Origin: Lachnospiraceae bacterium
Lineage (GTDB): Bacteria; Bacillota; Clostridia; Lachnospirales; Lachnospiraceae
Direction: 5' to 3'
Assembly: GCA_021205385.1 (NCBI GenBank)
Contig: JAJPXQ010000003.1
Span: forward strand, 812 to 64,811
Length of the DNA: 64,000 bases
In this document: positions 58,220-64,000 of the stretch, one piece after another
How positions within the stretch are numbered: position 1 is the stretch's first letter
Layout: each line of letters begins with the position of its first letter
Position numbers and translations under genes: made by a program
Notes under the pieces: model-generated
Databases searched by the model: none
What the model was told of the DNA's origin: nothing
What the model saw: only the letters and a program-made list of their open reading frames with translations

Positions 58220-61200
58220 TCGAAGGAAACAGTTACTTGAATATGTTGAGAAAGAATTTATAGGACCTGATCCAATTGACTGGGAAGGATACCGTCAGGC
58301 AAACGGCGAGGAAATATTAATTAGCGATCCGCCCCGTACCAGGTATATTGCGGGTGTTTTGTATCCTCAGGAACTTCCGGAAGAGGATACTTCTGGCGTA
58401 GAAGATGGCGAACTACGGGAGACAGAATTGGAAGATGATGCTGTTGAAGATAAACCCGTACCCCAATTAAAGGTCACCAGCGAATATCTTGAGGAAGCAG
58501 AGGAATTAATTAACCGCTCAAATGCATACCGGCAATCGGCGGTCAGTCTGACGTGTGCCCTTTACGAAGGAGATACTGTATATGTAAAGGTTTCAGCGGG
58601 CAAATATACCACATTAACGGCGACCGATCCCAAGACGGGAAAGGCCATTTCTCACTACCCAAGAACTGCAATTTCATGGGAGAATGATTCCATGCCGTTG
58701 AAGTTACCCACCATTTCGGAAGGAATTGCTGAAATTGAAATTCCTGATACGATGCTTAAGTTTGATGTTACATATCGTTATCGCAAGGGAGAGTGTAATA
58801 TATATACATTTACGCTGGAAAACAGCATTATACGGCCGGCAGCATTTAAAGATGATGAATGTTATTTTCAAACTAAATTCCAACTGAAATCTGAAAAGGG
58901 CTTCTGCCCCATGCCCGATGTGCAAAGAGTAAATGCACAGGATGAAGACTATTTATCCAATCAATTACTGTACAGAGATGTTCACAATTATGCAATCGGG
59001 CATGGATGTGCAGTAGATTGGGATGAAAATAATGGAAAAGTTGAAGTAATCAGAACCGCGACATTTCCGTCTTACGAAGTGAAACCTATCGTTCCGGCTA
59101 TTATTGAAGGTGTCACATTGGAGATGCGCAAATATGGTCCGGGAGATGATTTTAATATTAACATTAAAGAATTGAGCCTGATGTGCGACAAGTATGAGGA
59201 ATGGATTGCCGGAAGGGAAGAACGTGCAAAAACATTAAATGCAGATTATGAAAGAACAGATTATCAGAAGACAGCAGAAAGACATTTGCAGAATTGCCGC
59301 AAATGTTTGGCCCGTATGCGTGAGGGTATTGTGCTGCTTGAAAGCGATGCCAAAGTTAAAACAGCATTTCAATATATGAATCTGGCTATGATTATGCAGC
59401 AATTGCACTATAATCTGCCATTACAGAAGTGGGAAAGTGATGACGATGACAATCTGTATCTGGATAGTAGCCTTTCGGTTTTGCCTGTTCCTGATGATGA
59501 GAATACTTGGTATGGAGATAAAAGCAGATACGGCAAGTGGAGGCCGTTTCAGCTCGCATTTATCTTGATGAATCTCAAATCTATGCTCAAACGGGACTGC
59601 GATGAACGGAATATGGTTGATCTTATCTGGTTTCCGACAGGCGGAGGCAAAACGGAGGCATATTTAGGTCTGTCTGCGTACACTATATTTATCAGAAGAT
59701 TGATGAATACAGATGATTCGGGTACAGCAATTCTTATGAGATATACGCTGAGATTGTTGACTGCGCAGCAATACGAAAGAGCATCTGCAATGATTTGTGC
59801 CTGCGAATTGATCAGGCAGCAGCATGAAGATCTATTTGGCAAGGCAAGGATCAGTATAGGCCTTTGGGTTGGATCTGCAACTACGCCAAATAAAATGACA
59901 GATGCTGTGGCCAAATATGATGCACTTTACACAGGAAAGAGTGATGAAAATCCATTTGTTATTCTTAAATGCCCATGGTGCGGAGCACAGATGGGAGTTG
60001 TTCAGAAGAAAAGTGGCTTAAAGGTTATTAAAGGTTATTACAAAAAGGCTGAAGCACATAGGAAAAAGAGTATTATTTTCAGATGCTCAAATTTAAAGTG
60101 CGATTTCACTAAAGAAACCAATCCGTTGCCGTTGTATGTGGTCGATGAAGCAATCTATGAATCTACTCCTACCTTGCTTTTAGGAACTGTGGATAAATTT
60201 GCAATGCTTCCGTTCAGGCCACAGGCTCAAAAAATATTCGGGTTTTATGATGGTAAGAAAATGACATCGCCGGATTTGATTATCCAGGACGAGTTGCACC
60301 TTATTTCCGGACCATTGGGATCGATGGTCGGTCATTACGAGACGATGATCAGTGAATTGTGTACGGTCAAAAGGGACAACATAACAATCAAGCCTAAGAT
60401 TATTGCCTCAACTGCAACTATTAGCAGGGCAAAAGAACAGTGTCATGCCTTGTATGGATGCCCCAGAGAAAATGTGTTTCAGTTTCCACCTTCTGGCATA
60501 GATGCTGGAGATTCTTTCTTTGCACGTGAAAATTCAGAACTGAACGGAAGACAGTATGTAGGAATCTTGGCAACCGGTTCTTCATCAGATGCTACGACTT
60601 CTATTCGGTTGTTTGCGTCATTGCTTTATGCAGCAAAGGAGATGCAAGTTGGCGAAGAAAGCGAACGGGATCCGTACTGGACAAATGTGGGATATTTCAA
60701 TAGTATTCGTGAGCTTGGACAGGCAAGAACCTGGATCAGAGCTGATATCGATCAGCACTTAGATGTTATGTATAAACGTCGGCAATACGATAAGGTTTAT
60801 AATCGTGAGGAATACAGAAAAAGGCGCAGATATATATGGAGAGATGAGGAATTAACCAGCCGGATTCCGGGTGACAAGGTTACAGCAAGTCTGGCTAATC
60901 TCAATATTGCCTATGAAGGCTGTGAATACAGGGAAATTCATTCAGGCGAATACCCAATCGATATTTGTCTTGCTACAAATATGATTTCTGTTGGTCTGGA
61001 TGTTCCAAGACTTGGCCTGATGACTGTGGCTGGTCAGCCTAAAACCACTTCGGAATATATTCAGGCAACATCACGAGTCGGCCGGGACGCAAAAAATGCA
61101 CCCGGAATTGTATTTGTTTTGTATCGTCCGGGCAGGCCCAGAGATAAATCTCATTATGAACATTTCCGGGAATATCATTCGAAGCTTTACTGTAATGTTG

Positions 61201-61643
61201 AGCCTACCAGTGTGACACCTTTTTCTGCACCTGTCAGAGAACGGGCGCTGCATGCGATTATGATAGGTATGATGCGTCTGGAGAATGACAACAAATATAA
61301 CGAAGGTAAACCTCAGTTGCCATCTCAGACAGTAATTGATCATGTTAAGCAAGTGATAAGAGATCGGATTTCCGATGTCGATCCGGATGAGCTTGATGAT
61401 ACAATGAAACGGTTTGATGAAAGACTGGCTGATTGGAAAGCTTGGAATCCGGATTTATGGGGTCCGAAGCGTGAAAAAGACTGGTCTTTTACTAAAGATG
61501 TTCCTTTGATGTACGGCGCGGGGGATCATCCTAATGAAGCTTGGGAAGAAAGAGGTTTTGAAACACCAACATCTATGCGCAGCGTTGATGCTTCATGTGA
61601 AGCGGATTTGATGCTGCATGACTATGCAGCAAAGGAGGACTAA
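58209..61643 (+). CDS. drmA: DISARM helicase DrmA
   Basis: 1144 aa; WRPFQLAF, FPTGGGKTEAYL, RYTLRLLTAQQ, IIQDELHLISGPLG, ATNMISVGLDV, EYIQATSRVGR, RDKSHYE. Confidence 0.92.
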   Translation: MADDRRKQLLEYVEKEFIGPDPIDWEGYRQANGEEILISDPPRTRYIAGVLYPQELPEEDTSGVEDGELRETELEDDAVEDKPVPQLKVTSEYLEEAEELINRSNAYRQSAVSLTCALYEGDTVYVKVSAGKYTTLTATDPKTGKAISHYPRTAISWENDSMPLKLPTISEGIAEIEIPDTMLKFDVTYRYRKGECNIYTFTLENSIIRPAAFKDDECYFQTKFQLKSEKGFCPMPDVQRVNAQDEDYLSNQLLYRDVHNYAIGHGCAVDWDENNGKVEVIRTATFPSYEVKPIVPAIIEGVTLEMRKYGPGDDFNINIKELSLMCDKYEEWIAGREERAKTLNADYERTDYQKTAERHLQNCRKCLARMREGIVLLESDAKVKTAFQYMNLAMIMQQLHYNLPLQKWESDDDDNLYLDSSLSVLPVPDDENTWYGDKSRYGKWRPFQLAFILMNLKSMLKRDCDERNMVDLIWFPTGGGKTEAYLGLSAYTIFIRRLMNTDDSGTAILMRYTLRLLTAQQYERASAMICACELIRQQHEDLFGKARISIGLWVGSATTPNKMTDAVAKYDALYTGKSDENPFVILKCPWCGAQMGVVQKKSGLKVIKGYYKKAEAHRKKSIIFRCSNLKCDFTKETNPLPLYVVDEAIYESTPTLLLGTVDKFAMLPFRPQAQKIFGFYDGKKMTSPDLIIQDELHLISGPLGSMVGHYETMISELCTVKRDNITIKPKIIASTATISRAKEQCHALYGCPRENVFQFPPSGIDAGDSFFARENSELNGRQYVGILATGSSSDATTSIRLFASLLYAAKEMQVGEESERDPYWTNVGYFNSIRELGQARTWIRADIDQHLDVMYKRRQYDKVYNREEYRKRRRYIWRDEELTSRIPGDKVTASLANLNIAYEGCEYREIHSGEYPIDICLATNMISVGLDVPRLGLMTVAGQPKTTSEYIQATSRVGRDAKNAPGIVFVLYRPGRPRDKSHYEHFREYHSKLYCNVEPTSVTPFSAPVRERALHAIMIGMMRLENDNKYNEGKPQLPSQTVIDHVKQVIRDRISDVDPDELDDTMKRFDERLADWKAWNPDLWGPKREKDWSFTKDVPLMYGAGDHPNEAWEERGFETPTSMRSVDASCEADLMLHDYAAKED

Positions 61644-61644
61644 A

Positions 61645-63489
61645 ATGGCTTTCTCTAAACGACCAATGAGAAGAAGTGCATTAATAGGCCCATGGGGCGT
61701 TGGCGCAATCGTTCCGTTTCCAAATGATGAATCCTTAATGATTGCCGGACTTGACGCGTGGAGATATAACGATCCGAAACCATTTGTGATAAAGGATCCG
61801 CGATTGACAAAGCGACTTGGAGTAAGTGAGTTGCGCTGGCCTCCGGATTTCAGAGAAAACAATGCAGATCCGCAGAATTGTAATCTTAAGATTCCTGCAG
61901 TCCGTTTCCCGACATGGTATTATTGCCCATTTTGCGGACAAATGAAACAAACAAAGTACTATCAGACACAACCTCTTTGCGATGCGATTCAATGGAAAGA
62001 GGGGAGAAAATGCTCAGCAGAAGGGAAATATCGCAGAAAAATGATCCCGGAAAGGTTTATTGTAATTTGCCCGGAGGGTCATATCGATGACTTTCCAGTA
62101 GCAGAATGGGTTCATCACGATAGTGGGCATAAATACGATCCAAACACATGCAGGATACGAAGAAGTACAGGTGGCGCCTCCGCAAATCTGACTGGCGTGT
62201 TTTATCAATGTACCTGCGGTGCGAAAAAATCAATGGCAGGTGCTATGCGTAAGGGCGCATTGGATAAAATTGGATATCGTTGTAAAGCTACCAAACCGTG
62301 GTTGGGTGTGTCTGGTGAGGAGACGTGTACAGCTAAAACGGAAGATGTTAAAGTTGTACTCAGGGGTGCTACCAATGTATGGTTCGCGGATACAAGAAGC
62401 TCGATTTCTATTCCGGTTGACGATGTTGCAATTAAGAGAAAAATTGTTGGAATATTGAATAAATATTTCGATGCGGTTAATGCTTCCAGAACAAATGGAG
62501 AGCTTAACAGGGAATTCATCAACTTAATTGCTGTTACTGACGGCGTAAATGCTGAAGAGTTATATCAGGCATTTGTTGATCGCGCTAACAATATGAAAAA
62601 CAATGATGATATTGATGAAAATACATCGGAAGATGAGTATCGCCTTCAGGAGTATCGGGTGTTATGCAAATCCAGTGGCAGTGATGCTACAGATTTTCAC
62701 TCGATTAATTATTCTGTAATGCGGTACAATCCGATAATTCATTATTACTTTGATAGTATCTCTCTGGTGCCTAAATTGCGCGAAACAAGGGCGTTTGTAG
62801 GTTTTTCAAGACTGGAACCCAATCAGAAAACCATAGCAGAACGAAAAAAAGAGCTTCGCCTTGGAACATCGGAAGATTGGCTTCCTGCGATTGAAGTGTA
62901 TGGAGAAGGTATATTCTTTAAGTTTGATGGTGAACATTTGGCAGAATGGGCAAAAAAGCCTGTTGTTCAGCAAAGAATAGATAGTCTTAACCAGGCATAT
63001 CATCATTCAAAGTTCAGTGAGGCTGAAGTTGGTGATTTAAGACCGGAGTATGTTCTTATTCATACATTTGCACATTTGATTATTAACCAACTGAGTTTTG
63101 ATTGTGGATATGGAAGCTCCTCTATACGGGAAAGAATATATTGTGGGAAAACAAGTGATGAACTTGGAATGTATGGCGTGCTGATTTATACAGCATCCGG
63201 AGACTCGGAGGGCTCACTGGGCGGATTAGTGCGTCAGGGCGAGGCGGGAAGACTTGAGGATACCATCGTCAGTGCAATAGAAAATGCGTCTTGGTGTACA
63301 TCAGATCCGATCTGTATTCAATCCGCTGGACAGGGGCCGGAATCCCTTAATCTTGCGGCATGTCATAATTGCGCACTCTTGCCGGAAACTTGTTGTGAAA
63401 ATGGCAATCGTTTATTAGACAGAGGTGTTGTTGTCGGAACATTGAGCAATCCGGAAATAGGGTTCTTTAATGCATTGAGAAATATGTAA
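61645..63489 (+). CDS. drmB: DISARM DUF1998 protein DrmB
   Basis: RFIVICPEGHIDDFP, LIHTFAHLII, YTASGDSEGSLGGLV, C-terminal CTSDPIC..LAACHNCALLPETCCE..N..LDR. Confidence 0.93.
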   Translation: MAFSKRPMRRSALIGPWGVGAIVPFPNDESLMIAGLDAWRYNDPKPFVIKDPRLTKRLGVSELRWPPDFRENNADPQNCNLKIPAVRFPTWYYCPFCGQMKQTKYYQTQPLCDAIQWKEGRKCSAEGKYRRKMIPERFIVICPEGHIDDFPVAEWVHHDSGHKYDPNTCRIRRSTGGASANLTGVFYQCTCGAKKSMAGAMRKGALDKIGYRCKATKPWLGVSGEETCTAKTEDVKVVLRGATNVWFADTRSSISIPVDDVAIKRKIVGILNKYFDAVNASRTNGELNREFINLIAVTDGVNAEELYQAFVDRANNMKNNDDIDENTSEDEYRLQEYRVLCKSSGSDATDFHSINYSVMRYNPIIHYYFDSISLVPKLRETRAFVGFSRLEPNQKTIAERKKELRLGTSEDWLPAIEVYGEGIFFKFDGEHLAEWAKKPVVQQRIDSLNQAYHHSKFSEAEVGDLRPEYVLIHTFAHLIINQLSFDCGYGSSSIRERIYCGKTSDELGMYGVLIYTASGDSEGSLGGLVRQGEAGRLEDTIVSAIENASWCTSDPICIQSAGQGPESLNLAACHNCALLPETCCENGNRLLDRGVVVGTLSNPEIGFFNALRNM

Positions 63490-63509
63490 CAGGGAAGTTG
63501 GGAAGACAA

Positions 63510-64000
63510 ATGATAATTATTCTTTCGCAGAAAATCGATACGGATTCCGTGTATGCTGGTGATGAAGTGTTTAAAACATATCATTATCCGGCAAGATATA
63601 GAAATCAGATTCACGAGGGTGATACCTTTGTTTATTATCAAGGCAATCGTTACGATAAATCGCAAAGATACTACTTTGGAACTGGAAAGATTGGAAAAAT
63701 CCGTCAGGAAGATGAGGAAAATTATTATGCAGAATTGATAAATGTGATTCGGTTTGAGAAAAAAGTTCCTATATATCTTCCGGACGGAGGTTATGTGGAA
63801 CAGATGGGCTATGAAACTGTAAGGAAAAGCATCAATCCTCCCTGGCAATCATCAATAAGGCCTCTTTCTAAAGCAGCCTATGAGTATATGCTTAGCAAAT
63901 CGGGAGGCAAGGAAATAATTGAAAGCTGTAACGCCGATTTGAAGAAGGCAATTCAGCGTTATTACATAGAAAAGGATAAGAATGCTGTTCTTCAGATTCT
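63510..64000 (+). CDS. Partial ORF running off the right edge; N-terminal PUA-like (EVE/SRA-type) domain
   Basis: Not in the ORF track. Open from ATG 63510 to the end: MIIILSQ..YHYPARYRNQIHEGDTFVYYQG..YYFGTGKIGKI..YYAEL..F..KVP..SIRPLSKAAYEYM. Confidence 0.7.
   Translation, partial: MIIILSQKIDTDSVYAGDEVFKTYHYPARYRNQIHEGDTFVYYQGNRYDKSQRYYFGTGKIGKIRQEDEENYYAELINVIRFEKKVPIYLPDGGYVEQMGYETVRKSINPPWQSSIRPLSKAAYEYMLSKSGGKEIIESCNADLKKAIQRYYIEKDKNAVLQI

Overview
Chromosomal window from a Bacillota (Clostridia, probably Lachnospiraceae-like) bacterium; the taxon is inferred from gene families and Shine-Dalgarno/sigma-A signals. There are three zones. (1) 1-19.3 kb, accessory: the 3' end of a type 1 BREX locus (pglZ, brxL) with an AT-rich three-gene cassette (sce7726-like, sce7725-like, RES-domain) directly upstream of pglZ. 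It is followed by GNAT, TIGR02452/PARG-like and DnaJ-domain genes, an ~8 kb block bounded by a ~127 bp direct repeat (aldo/keto reductases, hipBA, TetR-oleate hydratase), and a MATE gene with a structured leader. (2) 19.3-48.4 kb, GC-richer mostly housekeeping genes: bioY-bioB with a BirA site, udp-deoB, gdpP-rplI-dnaB, mecA, cobB, rpsF-ssb-rpsR, degV, vWA/MoxR, carD, ddl-murF, malQ, SPOCS/LysM, ispE. (3) 48.4-64 kb, AT-rich defence island: WYL and hsdS remnants, then a tightly coupled dcm - AIPR - DrmE-like - NERD-helicase - drmA - drmB - PUA/EVE-like operon. This is a class 2 DISARM variant with extra genes and no drmC in view. Its NERD-helicase is broken by a 299 bp TG..CA miniature transposon with a 5 bp target duplication and by a 1 bp deletion in a T tract. 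I saw no rRNA, tRNA, CRISPR array, integrase or transposase gene. All family assignments come from motif recognition by eye, not database searches.
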